From the NCBI RefSeq assembly GCF_018977255.1, contig NW_024704743.1, positions 1,054,001 through 1,118,000 of the forward strand: a stretch of DNA of 64,000 nucleotides. The letters are read 5' to 3'. This document shows positions 41,616 to 56,124 of this stretch, one piece after another (the stretch's first letter is position 1; each line of letters starts with the position of its first letter). A model generated the notes under the pieces. It saw only the letters and a list, made by a program, of their open reading frames with translations. It was not told where the DNA came from and did no database searches. This stretch comes from Callorhinchus milii (lineage: Eukaryota). A program made the position numbers and the translations under genes.

Positions 41616-43458
41616 TTTACAATCATCATCTCAAACAATCTTTCAGATTACAACTAGTAAGGCAATATTTGCTGAGAATCTAATTTCTCTGGTCTCTTAG
41701 ATTTCTGCTTCTGAATTCTTCACTGGCAATTGTGAAACTAGAAAAGTGGGGAAGATCAGAAGTTTACATAGAATGATGAAAATTAAAATACGAGAATAAA
41801 TACACCTATAGTATAGGTCAATGTAAAACAAGTTTAAGAATGAAATATTTTTGGATGATTAAAAAAAAAGTAACTTTGCCCTACAAAAAGGGCTGATTCA
41901 ACAAGATCTTTCACAGTGGTAAAATACTATAATTTAAATACTTATTTTGTGTCAGTTTCACAAATTAACTATGCATCTGATACTGAGCCATATAGTCCAG
42001 GAATGTCTGAATGCCTGTTAGGGGCACAATATATAATATATATGGATACCCACATCCTAAATGACTGAGCTGATCAATCAATATCTATAGTTGTAACTAA
42101 TTTCCCAGCTTGCCATCTCTGAAAATAATTTTATTTCTACCTACAGAAACTGTTACTAATTAAGTTTCAAACAGTCATAACGTTTGTCAAGAGCTTAATG
42201 TGGTTATCTTTAATTATTCAACTTCAAAATTTTCTTTTATAAATTACCTCAAGCCTCCCTATACAAACTCACCACCACCAATATTATGAATAGTAATGAT
42301 TATTGAATGATATCAAAGTATTGTTTCAGCTCTCAGTGGCTGGCAATCTAAAAGGAGGATTTAGCTAGGATAACAACGCATGAAAATCCAAGTTAAAACT
42401 AGTATTCTATGTGAAAGGGAAAAAAAAAAAAATATTCCACAGAATATTCAAACGTACATTTCCCCCGGAATTTCACACACCACTATTTCTACAAAATATA
42501 AGATAGGTCCAGGTTGTGCAAGCCTCAAGTAGACATGACTAAATAATTCAGGAAGTAAAGATTTTGAATACTAAGCATACTTTGTGTGTTTTCAATTATT
42601 TGGCCACATATAACTTATTGATTAATATTCTGCTTAATTATACACAAAATATTGCAAAACAAATTCTAAAAACGTATAAGAACATTTTTCACTAATTAAT
42701 CTTGAATAAACTTAAATATCCAAGCCCTGCGGCGAACGGAGACGAGAATTTGAAAAAAAAATGGAACAGGAATTTTTTTACTGGATTCAGATATTTCAAC
42801 CAGCGTGTGAGGCGGTAGAAATATTTAGAACAGAGCCCTTAAGCATCATAGTTTCTCCCTTATCCCTCCAAAAGTTGGAAAAAAAGTCTGTTCAGCATTT
42901 CTCTTCCACTCAAACTCAACTTTCAGTAACAATGGGGAAAAAGCACAGCAACTATTAAGTGTCTCTCGGTATAGTCTCATGCAGTTAGTATCTGCTGATA
43001 TTCTGCATTTGCCAGTCTCAACTTTCAACAGAAACAAGTTATGCAACATTCTGACCCAGCTGAAAATACTCAATTCCTGTAAGAAAAAATGATACAGCAC
43101 CTGTGTTTTAAACATAAGTGGTTATGTATATAAAAAAAACAGCCACTGTGCAAAAAAAAACAGACTCCATTTTGCAGGGATTTTCTCATAAGTTAATAAT
43201 CTCAATTGTCTACTCTTATTCAGCTGCAGCTTTCAACCAGATTCTTCCTCGTCTCAAAATTCAACTTGCCCGCTTTTTTAAAAAAAATTCTGTGTACATT
43301 TTTCATAAAACTGAAGAATTCTAGGTTAATGTATAATTTTTTTAAAATTATGCCTGTAATTCACTGATTCCAGATCCTCAAACATATAACTGCAATATTG
43401 CTTTAAGCACGTCTCTTAGATTTCTGAAATATTTGGCAGCACATCGAAAGCTGAATTT

Positions 43459-43766
43459 TTACTTTTTCATCAGACATTCTCTGTTGCAGACGCTTTCTCC
43501 CTTTATTTCTGCACATCCGTGGTAGTCAGATTCAGGCTTCTCCAGCATTTTCCCCTCGACGTTCCCTTCGTCTTCACTCAGAATGCAGTTTTTTCCAGTG
43601 TTCTCCGGACACAGATCTTTCAGCGCCTTTTCAATTTCACCTTGCTTGGCTAAAATGCCCAAAGAGCTTTTTGGCAAAGTCATCTGCAGAGCACACCACA
43701 GGGCAGTGCGGGCTTTGCGGGTCGAAATGGTCAACTCCTTTATGGCAGCTGCCAGGGCCAAAACAT
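43459..43766 (-). CDS. MEIOC-like last coding exon
   Basis: DVLALAAAIKELTISTRKARTALWCALQMTLPK..., ending in a TAA stop at 43461-43459; matches the MEIOC C-terminal RTALWCALQMTLPK. Confidence 0.95.
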
Positions 43767-44057
43767 CTGCTTAAAACAGCAAAACATCAATTTATACAAT
43801 ATTACATTTGCAAAGCCACCTTTCACTTTGGAAGGACGTCCCAAGGCGCTGGACAGTCAGGGATTTGAACCCAGGGGGGCTGGTGGCGGAGGGGGGGGGG
43901 GGCGGAGTTTGGGATCAGGAGTAGTGGAGGGCATTATATGACTGGAATTGGTGACTGGAAGGATCTAACACATACTACACTGAGTGCAAAACTGAGAGAT
44001 GACATCAGCCAGTGGCCAAAGCACTGAGGGAATTGGCGGACTGATAAGGTTGCATCA

Positions 44058-44387
<330 letters not shown>

Positions 44388-44850
44388 CTATTCGGCTCCC
44401 CAAACCAGCTTCCCAAACAGGCCATGCAAAGCCTCATTAAGGACATCATCACATCAACTATTTGCTGGGAGAGAGTTCTTCTACATGTCAAATATGCATT
44501 TGCTTACATTTAAGTAACTAAAGTTCACCTGTTTCTCCTTGACCCATCCTGAATTAATTAATCCGGTAAATGCTTTATATCGTTTTTATATCAGTCCATC
44601 TTTCAAAGGATGCTTAGTACATAATGATTACTGTACTCTGTACAGCTTGAGAACATATTGCGTTGTTTTACCCACCGACCGATCTGTTGTGCCACAGAAT
44701 GGGAATAAGATTTGCACTCATGATTTGGCCTCAACAAATTTCCAGTCTTTTTAGCACCATTTGGGTAAGTTCAGAAGTGCTTCTCACCCTCTCAACTGCA
44801 GAATATTGTGTGATGGGATACATGTAAAAGAGGGGTCCAAATAACAATCA

Positions 44851-45132
<282 letters not shown>

Positions 45133-46419
45133 CTAAGAGTGATACTGGTTTCCCTGTGCATTTACAGTCAGAGTTGACTCACTGTGTGCTGGTTGATTAC
45201 CCGCACTAAATAAATTATCAACGTCCAGGTCATTGCCACAACATCACTTCCTATTTGTTGTGTATGCACAAGGCAGGAAGTGACCTCGGCAGCAACCTAA
45301 CAACCCAGAAGTCATCTTTTTTTTAAAAAAGTAGCATAATTGTAATGACTGATTTCCGGGTTATCAGTTCTCTGACAACATCACTTCATAGCTGTTTATG
45401 ATATATATATATTCTGTGCACAAATTGGCTGCAGCATTTGTCTAGAAATACAAGAATACTTTACAGTAAAACCCAGTAAAAAGAGCTTTGAGATGTGTCG
45501 ATGTGGTGACGATGTATATCAAATGCAAATATTATTATTATAATGTTGGTGGCAACCTAATGACCTGAAAAATGATCATTTTAGTACAAGAGACAGCGGG
45601 TTGTGCACATGTGCTGTCATTCGGACGCACACTGCATGTGCTATAAAACAAAATCCACGCAAAAAAAACCCAGCATTTTAAGACACTGTATGTATTAAGA
45701 ATATTCAATAGACCAAATGGCAATATTCTACGTCATAGATTTTATGATTCAGGCAGTTACATTTTCATCTCAGGAAAAAAAAATGCATCATTTGCTTAAG
45801 AGTGCTTCCACTAGAAAAATCACAGAACTATAAAAGTCCTTCTTCTCCTCAGTTAAGGAACATACCTTGGAGTAACCTTGTACTAGGTTACTCGGATTGT
45901 ATGTTACAACATCGTTCCATAAAATGTAACAATCAGAATGAAAAATAGTAGTTTAGACGTCTCAAAACCCTTCACAGGATTTTACTGCAAAGTGCAGTAT
46001 CTTTTTGTAAGCTGGAGTAAGCAAGAACAAAAAGAGCTTTCTCACACATACAATTACGTCAGTGTTCATTAATCAGTGGATCACTTGTTAATAGTTGTTC
46101 ATATATTGCACAATTTCAAGAAGTAACTTAAAAAATATCAGTCCACTTTCTTACAGTGTTCAACTACATTTCAGATGACTGAGTGAGGCATTTAATACTA
46201 TGAAAGGATTATGTAAGGCAGATGTTGATGACCTGTTTCCACTTGTTGGCAAGTCTAAAACTGGAAGGCATAAATATAGGATAGCCAGCTGTAAATCTAA
46301 TGGACAGTTAAGGAAGAATGCAGAGGGTGGTCATAATATCGAACTCCCAGCCAGAAACTGGTCGAAGCAAATCTCAATGTATTTCAGAGACATTTTTATG
46401 CATATGTGAGGGAGAAGTG

Positions 46420-47130
46420 TATAGAATCATATAATAATACAGCACAGGAGGCCATTTGGTCCGTAGTGCCTGTGCCAACTCCTTGGAAGAGCCACCCAAT
46501 CAGTCCCACTCCCCTGCTCTTTCCCCATATCCTTGTAAATTCTTCCTTTTCAAGTACCTATGCAATTCCCTTTTGAGAGTTGATATTGATCGTCGTCCCC
46601 CCCACCCCCCCCTTTCAGGCACTGCATTCCAAATCATAACAACACTGTGTAAAAAAAACATTCCCCTCATCTCCTCTGATTCTTTTGCCAATTATCTTAA
46701 ATCTATGTCCCCTGGTTACCGACCCATCTGCCAGCGGAAAGTTTCTCCACATCTACTCTTTATCAAAATCCCTCATAATTTTGAACACCTCTATTAAATA
46801 AATCTCTCCTTAACCTTCTCTGCTCTGAGGAGAACCATCCCAGTTTCTCCAGTCTCGCCACGTAACTAAAGTTCCTCATCCCTGGTACCATTCAGGTAAA
46901 TCTTCTAAATCACCCTATACAAGGCCTTGACATCCTTCCTAAAGTATGGTGCCCAGAATTGGACACAATACCCCAGCTGAGACCCAACCACTGACTTATA
47001 GAGGCTTAGAGGAACTTCCTTGCGTTTGTACTCTATGCCTCTATGTATAAAGCCAAAGAACCCATATGCTTTTTTAACAGCTTCATCAACCTGTCCTTCC
47101 ACCTTCAGAGCATATAGAGGTACAGATGAG
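46420..47130 (-). mobile_element. CR1-clade LINE 3' fragment
   Basis: VKKAYGFFGFIHRGIEYKRKEV...LYKSVV...YCVQFWAPYFRKD is a CR1 ORF2 signature. An adjacent plus-strand CR1 3' piece lies at about 46195-46420. Confidence 0.88.
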
Positions 47131-47261
47131 GGGAATAGGATGGCGGGACTCATGTTGAGTTTAAATATTTAAATATATACCACTCATGTGGCCTGTTTCC
47201 AATGATTGTATCACTTCATGAAACCATTTACTGCACCCCTAATTCTTCTGGTAAGGTATAC

Positions 47262-49077
47262 CTTTTTCCTCTCCTTTTCCAAAGCTCTCCACTGTTCATA
47301 ACACTCCTCCAGTCGAACATGAAGTTCATTTGCTGGGCCGCTGCGATTCTTCATGGGCCTATATTTGGCAAAGGGTGGTGGAAATCCAAAGTAGGGTGCA
47401 GTCATTTCGCTACAGAAAAGATCATTCAGAAAAGGATGTAGATGGTTAAAGTCATCATAATGAAAATAGTCAATGAGTTCGGGAACTTGAAATCCCGAAG
47501 GAGGCAAAGGAAAATTAGGTGAAAATGTCTGTGGGCCAAACTGTGAGAAATTTTGGTTTTGCTTAAAATCAGGCATCATGAACGGGAATGGTGGGATGAA
47601 TGATTGATTAATGAAATCAGACAAACTGCTGCCATCTTGTTCAGGTTTTCTCCGGGAATTATTATATTGGTGACGTTCGGGGCCAAAGATCCCAGGCTGC
47701 ACAGAAGGTGGAAAGCCATTTTTACGGCCTCTTCTATCATCCCTGTTGTTGCTGCTGTTGGATCCCTGCTTGTTAGGGTGTCTAACATATTTGGCTGGCA
47801 TCCCACTGCTGATATTATGAGGGGGTGCCCAGTTGGTTCCAAAGTTAACAGGTTGGTTTTGATAATGATCATACCTGGTAGCAGATGACTCAATTGGTGA
47901 GTGTATGCCCCTCTGGTTTTGCTCTTGCATTTGGACACTGGCACTGCATGAGCCCCAATCATAGTTGGTATTATTAGGAACCTTTGGACAAGCATCTGGT
48001 CTTAGGGGAACTATTGGAGGATAACAGTTAGGCTGAAGGATACCAGACATTGACAACTGTGTTGGTGACCCGCTACTTATAGTAGTCACCTTTGAAGTGT
48101 GTGACCTTGGTGAAATTATATTCTCCTGTTTCCTAAATACTGCATTGGGTTCATTTGTAGGACTCAAGATGTTGCTATTGGACCATAACATGTTCCCTTG
48201 GGAAGGCTGAGGAATATAGTCGCTAGTATCAGGAATGTTTTTTGCTAAATGGGTATAGTCAGGTGACCTGGGGAAATCTTCAATGGAATGCTGACGTAGA
48301 TTTTTGCTTGGATTCTCAAAATGGCCTCTTAAAGAACGGTTTTCCCTCTTTGGAAAAGTAGACTTTCGGTTCATGTCGGCAACAAGACCGTTCTTGGAAA
48401 ACTGCTGGACTGGCACATCCACCTGTGAAAGAGAAGCACCATTTGGAAGACGAGCGGTGTTGAAGTCTTCGTATCCATTTTGAATTTGCTGATTTTCGTG
48501 CGACAGCTTGCCCCACGTTTCTCCAAAATGTGAACTATAGCCATTTTCCGGATATCTGTTGTGATCTTTATCCCCAAATGTCATGAATTTATTGTCTCTG
48601 AATCGGTCCGAATTGTAGTGCTCCCTGCTTGCATTTGTGTTATTAATATTGCAGTTGTTACGAAAGCTACGGATGCCAAAATTGGAAGTACTTCTGTCAA
48701 AACCTTTGTAAGCTTCAGCTTCTTCATGATCACATGAGCACTGTTCAAATTCTTTGTTCTGTAAAGAAAATCCTTCTTGATGTGAAAGGGTATCGTTTCT
48801 CATGACAGGCGAGACGTCACTGGATTGAGAATCGCACTGATTGGAATCCTTACTAATTATGGACATCCATGGCTCGGTCAGATTCAGATTGTGAAATCCA
48901 TGGTAGAGGTCGTCAAATGTTTTTTCAGGCGGAGTCTGAGCATTTGCTTCGTAGTATTCATGAATTCCGAGATTATCTGAATTTCTACCACTTTGTGCAT
49001 TGTTCTTCAAAGGAGCTCCAGTACTGTCCCCGTTTGCAGTTGACCAAATTGATTGAAACAACCTGGACGATGAATTC
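47262..49077 (-). CDS. MEIOC-like large exon 5 (1816 bp)
   Basis: Uninterrupted ORF 47211..49088, low-complexity N/S/Q/P-rich, ending in RSGPANELHVRLEECYEQWRALEKERKK, the start of the conserved MEIOC C-terminal coiled-coil (DUF4582/PF15189). Confidence 0.93.
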
Positions 49078-49734
49078 CTGAAAGGCAAATAGGTTTGTGA
49101 TTATTACAAGTAAAATACAACATTGATTTTATACTGAATCTTTATCTTGCTTTGCTGCAGGTCATAGCATTGAAAGGATGAGGGTAATATCATATTACAG
49201 CTTGAAATCAAAAACTAATCCTTGCATTTCATATAGTCATGAAGTGAATGACCACCTTTAGCTGAGAATTCGTTAGCCCAGGACATTGGGACAAACTCCC
49301 TTCATTTTTCAAATAATGCCATGGGATCTTTAATATCCACCTGAGCAGACGAGACCTCAGTTTAAGATTTCATCCAAAAGATGACACCTGAAAATGTAAA
49401 ACTCCACCTAGACTATGATCTCAAAGACCCGTTGTGGGCTTGAACCCACAACTTTCTGACTCAGAATAAATATTAACATGTGAGCACAGCTGACATCCCA
49501 AAGCAGTAAAGTTAAATTATTTGTTTAAGATTGATAGAACACAAGTGTTAGATTTATTTCAGATCAACATTATTGTGATTTATTTTCAGAAAATACTATA
49601 TTGGGGTAGCCATTTGCACCAGCAAGGTCCTGAAAAAGCATGAAATGAATAACCAATTGATCAATAATTGTAGACCAGATGCATCGGAGCCCCCGATGTT
49701 AATGCGCACCAATAGATCACAAAAATCATCTTAC

Positions 49735-49836
49735 CAGTCAGAAAAGGAATCAGACTTATCAGGCTCCTCCAGTATGCTGGAGACTAATCGAACCAAATCT
49801 GGCACATTTCCAGAATCGGATAAACTGATCTGGGTT
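49735..49836 (-). CDS. MEIOC-like exon 4 (102 bp, phase 2-2), not in the ORF track
   Basis: TQISLSDSGNVPDLVRLVSSILEEPDKSDSFSDW resembles the MEIOC DLYGLVSNILEEQDKS motif; tttcag acceptor, GTAAG donor. Confidence 0.88.
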
Positions 49837-50639
49837 CTGAAAGGATGAAGACCAGTTAAAAACATTCAATACATTATTTTTTAAAACAAACTGTACCCCT
49901 CCTGGATCAACGAAAATGGTCACGAGAAAACATCACAAAGTCCACTTTTCTGTGCAATGAGTCAAGGACTTGGGACTCTTATCAAACTGCACATAATGTT
50001 TACTCCTATTTACTAATGTGTTACATAATATACAGCAGTTCAGGTATGGTGATTATCTTAAAACCAATTTACAAATTCTGATGAAGGTTTAACATAAAAA
50101 GTACCGGTTTTACACTGGTGAACTAAAATACCAACTGATCCAAGAATTAGTTAATCACAAGTCATTCTATGAATTCTACTTAGTATTGTGACACTCCTGA
50201 CCAAGTGTTATTATGCATTTATCCTGTATGTAGTTTCCATGGTCTGTTGGGACTTGTTCTCCTAAAGTGTTATTAGTTGGTATTTGCAAATGCTAGTATC
50301 AAGGGTATTCAGGTGAAATATTGCCTGTTAAACGTTAAAGATCTTCCGTGGCACTATTCAAAAAAAGAAGAGTTTCTCTCCCGGTGTCCTGGCCGACAAT
50401 CTCCCAGATAAATTTGGTCCCTCATTCCATGGCTGTTTGTAGGACACTGCTGTGCACAAATGGTTGCTGTGTTTCACACAAAAAACCCACTTCAGAATGT
50501 ATCCTGTGAAGCGGTTTGAGATAACTCAACAACATGATATTAAGTACTGTTATTATTCATTTGAGGTGCTCCAGGTTAATGTCGAAATTGTCCATAGTCG
50601 AACTTCCTAAAAATAGGTTCTTCAATAAACTGAATTTAC

Positions 50640-50806
50640 CTTTGTTTAGATCCATCCTGAAAAGCAACTGGAGGTGCACAATCATCAGCAAAGACAGACC
50701 AGTGGTTGTACAGGAGGGTTGGATCAACAGAAGGTGTAGAATTGCTAATTCCATTCAACAAAGAGGCTGAAAAAAGCTGTTCCATGTTTTCTTCTCTCCA
50801 GTTTAC
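50640..50806 (-). CDS. MEIOC-like exon 3 (167 bp, phase 0-2); this frame is not in the ORF track
   Basis: VNWREENMEQLFSASLLNGISNSTPSVDPTLLYNHWSVFADDCAPP...SKQR resembles human MEIOC SSVDSSLFCAPWSTYGDD; AG/GT intact. Confidence 0.85.
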
Positions 50807-51962
50807 CTATTAACAGCAAGATTGTGATTATTAATAGAGAAATGGTTCATTACCCCCAAATACCCTATTCACTAAATAACTGTGACAATGTTTACTTTTT
50901 GTTAAAGCACTTTTACATTCACGTATGAGGTAAATCCAGAAGCTCCAATTCAATCCATATAAATATAAAACACATGTTGGCCTTGGCACTTGGGAAGATA
51001 AAAGCAGCTTCCTTTGTTTAGAATGGGTTACAAGACTTTCACAGAACCCAGAATTATTCTAGTCATTTAACAATTATTACAATAATTTTCTTTACCCAGT
51101 TCAGTAGGACCTGTATTTATTATTGCTACCATAAGTTATTTTTATCTGGCTCTTCCAAAAGATAACAATATATCAACAAGGGTCAAACAATTATAGTGCA
51201 CAATAAGGTAGTAGATAATCAAGAATCCAATGTACTTCCTGGATAGGTTTTAACCCATAGCTCCAATTAACATTACTCATCCAAGGATTACTCTCCTGGG
51301 AATCCCAACAAGGTTCCTCAACAGACCTTACTTGGCTGAATGTAGAAAATTGTGTCAAGGATCAACCAGGTCATGACTATATGTCCATATAAATCTTCAG
51401 ATTTTCACCAGTAATCAAAGATTTTTTTGAAAAAAGTTGCACCCACCTCTTAAATGGACAGTGGGAGCAGTGAGCCAGGAAAAACAAGGTGAACAAATTA
51501 GGAAAAATATGTCAGAATAGGTTGCACGAACAACATGGAATTATGTTAAGATTTTCCCACTCTTCTCACTAACCCCAATAACCCCAGAAATATATAGTCA
51601 CAGTATATGCAAATGCAATGCAAACAGTTTTTTTACTATACTTACAATTCTGCGCAGAAGTACAGCGATGTGGATCATGGATCCTGGTTAATACTGCCAG
51701 TTACACATTGCTTACTATAAGGACAGACCTTCCTCCTCCTACATTTTAGAATTCAGTAGGGACATTTTAACATCATTAAAGAGACAGTCCTGTGATTGTG
51801 ATTGGATTGTGTGAAGAAATCCAGCACGATTCACATTTATACTGCATCATTGCTCCTCAAAATATCTGCTCCAGGAAAGACTACTGAAATCACAGTAATT
51901 CGCCATCAAATGTAAAGAACAAAATTGACGTATGGATCAAAGTATGAAATGCTTCACCTTAC

Positions 51963-52094
51963 CTGTGATTTACAATAACTGAAGGGGAGAGGAGAGCTGG
52001 CCACTTTCTCATTGAGACCAAATGCAGATCCCTTTTCCACATCCAGATCATTGCAGTTAATATAAGGACTCACCGACTTTAAAACGGGTCCAGG
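51963..52094 (-). CDS. MEIOC-like exon 2 (132 bp), not in the ORF track
   Basis: PGPVLKSVSPYINCNDLDVEKGSAFGLNEKVASSPLPFSYCKSQ; tttgttaag acceptor, CAG|GTAAG donor. The ending resembles human MEIOC CYTSQ. Confidence 0.75.
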
Positions 52095-53229
52095 CTTAAC
52101 AAAAATTAAAAAGGTATTTCAGATTCCTTTTCTACAACAGGAGCAGTGATATAATGCAATGTATATCAGACTAATATACAATCGGCAAGTGTAATTATAG
52201 TGTTTTTTTATTCTATTGAGTTTAACACTAAAATATTTAATACACCAACTGCCTGGAACTCACACAAAACAATTTATTTGCCAGTTTAGGCAGATATCAG
52301 GCCTGTGATTTTGTTAACAAGAGACTTTATTTACTTTTTGAAAAGAAAGATGTTCTAACAAAAATTAAAGCATTAATATCAATATTCTTATATAAATAAA
52401 ACCACAAAGGCTATTTAATAGTACAATAAGCAATGATTGAAACCAAATTAATGTGCTGTTTACAGTCATAGATCAACTAGAGTTCCACCTTTCCCTGATT
52501 TACTTTTACACATTGTCCATTCAATGTCAATAAAGAAAATGCCATGAGCACTTCTAGTGTCTTGTTGCATTACACATGGTAAATTACACCTGTAGTAACT
52601 TGTTGTCCTGGGTTACCTGCTGAGTGTAAACACACAAGACGGTTGCTGTTGCTACATGTGCACTCCGCCCATTTAGAAAGAAACAGCATCTACGTACATA
52701 AACCTACAAGTTAGTCTCTCATCTGCGGGGGATCATCAACAGAAATAAATTTCTTCTTCCGCCCAAAGAAAAATACCATGGGTGGGCAGCCAACTACCAA
52801 TGGCTTGCTCTAGCAATGCCAGAAGATTGGTATTAGAACATTGTCCACAAACACACAATTTCTAGCAGCGGTCACTGGAAAATAACAGAAGGGTGAACCC
52901 TGGTTGATTCCATCTCTTCCTCAGTACCACAGGGTACTGAGGACAACTGTAGCCTTCCATGACCTCCCAAACTGAGACCAACCAACTCAGCACAGAACAG
53001 GAAACAAACCGGGACCTTCTAGGGATTTATAGCTCAGTCATTCTGAGTCCTCAGAGCAGCTTTTATTTCTCATTAATTCTAATTCAATCCGGCAGAAAGC
53101 ATTATTTTGTCAGTTATCCCAAATCAGACAGAGTTCTACCCAAGGAAGATAGATGAGGATTGTCCCAGAGTTCCAGGGGACCTTGAGAGCTTTCATACAC
53201 TTCTAGTCATGACTTACTCTGCGCGGGAA

Positions 53230-53545
53230 CAATAATCCTTGCATCTCAAAGTGCTTCACAGAATATATTGCAAAGACTATTTTGTGGGCGAAACGCTGCA
53301 GCCAAATGCGCACAATCAGTGCCCCACAAATGGTTGTGGATTGAGTGAGCAATTATTTTTTTTAAAGGGATTATCATGCCCAGAAAGTGACCCGCCAATC
53401 TATTTTAACAACCAGGTTCCTGCTTACTGCTAGATAAACAAGCACGTGGAGTAAGAAATTTGCGTAAGGTTTCGCCCTAACTGGGAATTGAACCCAGGTC
53501 CCCTCGCTTGCGAGGAGAGCGCATTAACCGCTACCCTACAGGACT
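53230..53545 (-). mobile_element. tRNA-headed SINE (same family)
   Basis: Tail, body and head are all present. Confidence 0.82.
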
Positions 53546-55177
53546 ACTATCCTTCATATTTTGCATTCTGAATATCCTTCAAAATATCCTTCGGATTTTA
53601 CACGCTTGCCAACCCACCCTTAATTTACATTACAAACGGGTTGCAGAATGAACTTCTTCCGGCAAGTCCCCCAATGCAACTGAAACAAATGCTTTGCTGC
53701 GGCAAAACGGTAACGAAGACACACGCATAATACACCCTCCTCCCCAACAATTCACGAAAAATAGGTCGGAAGTTTCCCCGGTTTCCCTCAAACGCACACG
53801 TTAATTCGGCGAAGTGGATCGCGAGAGGATTTCCTGGCGTCGTGCCAGCATTACGCCTAATAATAATCCCTCCAAAACAAAAAAATAATAATAAATTGGT
53901 CATTTTCAACCCACGGCTGTTTGTGTGCGGGGAGACAGACGCCGCTGCTGTGCGCAATCAGCTGCCGCGTTCCGCCCACAAATATACGGTCAATTCACTT
54001 GACGGTCTGTTCTGTGAAGCGCTTTGGGACGTCTCGAAGACGTGATAAGGCGCCGTATCAAATGGCAGGATTATTATTATTATTATTATTAAAGGTGCTC
54101 GTTCGCGAAAAAAAAAACCTCTGCGCTCCCGGCTGCCGTGGGTGGGTGAGCGAACCTGGAAGGCATTCCAGAACAACAACAACAACAACACCGCCGCCGC
54201 CGCCCCCCAAAAAATGCTCGAAACAACAACAGCAACAACAACAAGATTGCATTTATAGAGCGCCTTTCGCGTCGGGAGGACGTCCCAAGGCGCCGGACAG
54301 TTGGGTCGGGACCCGAGCGGTGGGGTGGGGGGGGTGAGGGGTGGGGGGGGGATGGTCAGGGTGAGGGGAGGGAAGGAGGCAGCGAGGAGGGGGTAGAGAG
54401 TGGAGCTGAAGGGACGGTCGAAGAGAAAGCTCTTGAGACCGGCCTTGAAGGAGGAAAGGGAGGAAGCGAAGGCGAAAGCACTGGGGACGGGGGGGGGGGG
54501 GGCGAACCCCTATCTATCGCATTATGTTTATGAACGGTGCACCCGTCGATCGGTCATCTTCCGCCCGGTCTGTCCCCCAAATACCTCAACGGGGGGGGGG
54601 GGGGAACCGCAACGGGGGGGGAAGGGGGGTTACTCACTCGGGTCCCGGCCAGCAGCCGCCTGTCGGTCAGACCGCGGGTCTCTGCGATGGCGGCGATCTC
54701 GGTGTGCAGACCCTGCCGAGCAAAGACGTCGCCATTTAGTGTGTGTGCGTGTTTTTTTTACACACACACACTACACGCACACTACACACCGCACACTACA
54801 CACCACACTACACACCACACACACACACACACACACGCATACCTTTCCGGGGTTGCTAACAGGAAACGCACTTTCAACCGTGGCAAATTCACAGGAAATA
54901 CAGCGACGCGCACACAAAAAAATTTCTTCCCATTCCTTCCCCCTCACACACACACACACACACCCTCCCCTCCCCTTCCTGCAAAATGACGTCTTCGTTC
55001 GCCAACCGCAGCGCTCCTGTGGTGAAATGTACCATCACAGTCTACAGGGAACGCGCGCGCACACACACACACACACAACACACCTCACATCGCTCCAGCA
55101 CTCAAAATCAATGTAAAAGTGCTCGGCTTTTACCCGCACGTAATTATTGCCTCGTAAAACAGACCGTGGTTTTTATC

Positions 55178-55412
55178 TTGCATTACTGCATTACATTGCA
55201 TTGCTGCATTACATTGCATTGCTGCATTACATTGCATTACTGCATTACATTGCATTGCTGCATTGCATTGCTGCATTACATTGCATTGCTGCATTACATT
55301 GCATTACTGCATTACATTGCATTACTGCATTACATTGCATTGCTGCATTACATTGCATTGCTGCATTACATTGCATTACTGCATTACATTGCATTGCATT
55401 ACATTGCATTAC
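55178..55412. repeat. Minisatellite with an 18-bp unit TTGCATT(A/G)CTGCATTACA
   Basis: About a dozen tandem units visible. Confidence 0.95.
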
Positions 55413-56124
55413 AAAATATCTCGCATTTACCGTCGATCATTGGCGGTTTTGCGCGCATTTATTATAATTCGACTAAAACGCCCCCCTCCCCCCCAAAAAA
55501 AAACGATGCAAATGAGTTGCCACTGATTCCCCAAGTCATCCCCAAAGATACTTTGCAGTATCTGCAAAGATACTGCAGATCACTGCAATACAAACACCCG
55601 ACAACTTCAGCAAAACCTTCGCTCGATAAACAACAAATAATATCGCACACAAATACGGTGAGAAAGTTCACAGGCGGAAAGACTTCGTTCACGTACAAGT
55701 TTACTGATATGAATGCGGGTCGTTTAACGCTGCAATTTAACCGCAGTTCGGTTCATGTCGCTCGAATATTTATTGGGATATGCGATTAGACGTACTCTTA
55801 AATGCTCTACTGCTGCTCCACAGCCACATCGCCATCCTCTCCCTGCTCCACCTCACTCAATGAACAGCCCAATGGCAGGGTCCAGCCAACCATCCGTGGT
55901 GGTCTTGGCAGTGTGTTCCTGAGCCAGGCACGTTCGCACTACTCCAAGGTACTACTGATGGCAGTAGCCAGGAACCCGCGTGTGTACTAAATGCTGTACA
56001 TGGATACGTGCGGCTATTGATATCGATAATGACGACTCGCGCGGCGGTGACAAGTTAAGCCGCCGTCGAGTTATCCGGAGTTGTCTGTCGCCCTCTGACT
56101 GGCAAATGCAGTGCTCACAATGCA

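Noticed and set aside
51645..51800. Candidate extra MEIOC-like exon ending at the GTAAG donor near 51645
   Set aside because: There is a stop codon in the phase-2 frame, no homology, and no clear acceptor. The true exon 3 is at 50640-50806.
54986..55789. 267-aa ORF with LLHYIA repeats, and a CRISPR-like look to the tandem array
   Set aside because: This is an 18-bp minisatellite with no unique spacers, in eukaryotic intronic DNA.
56025..56080. SECIS element
   Set aside because: ATGA is present, but the GA quartet spacing and AA loop do not fit, and the site is intronic.
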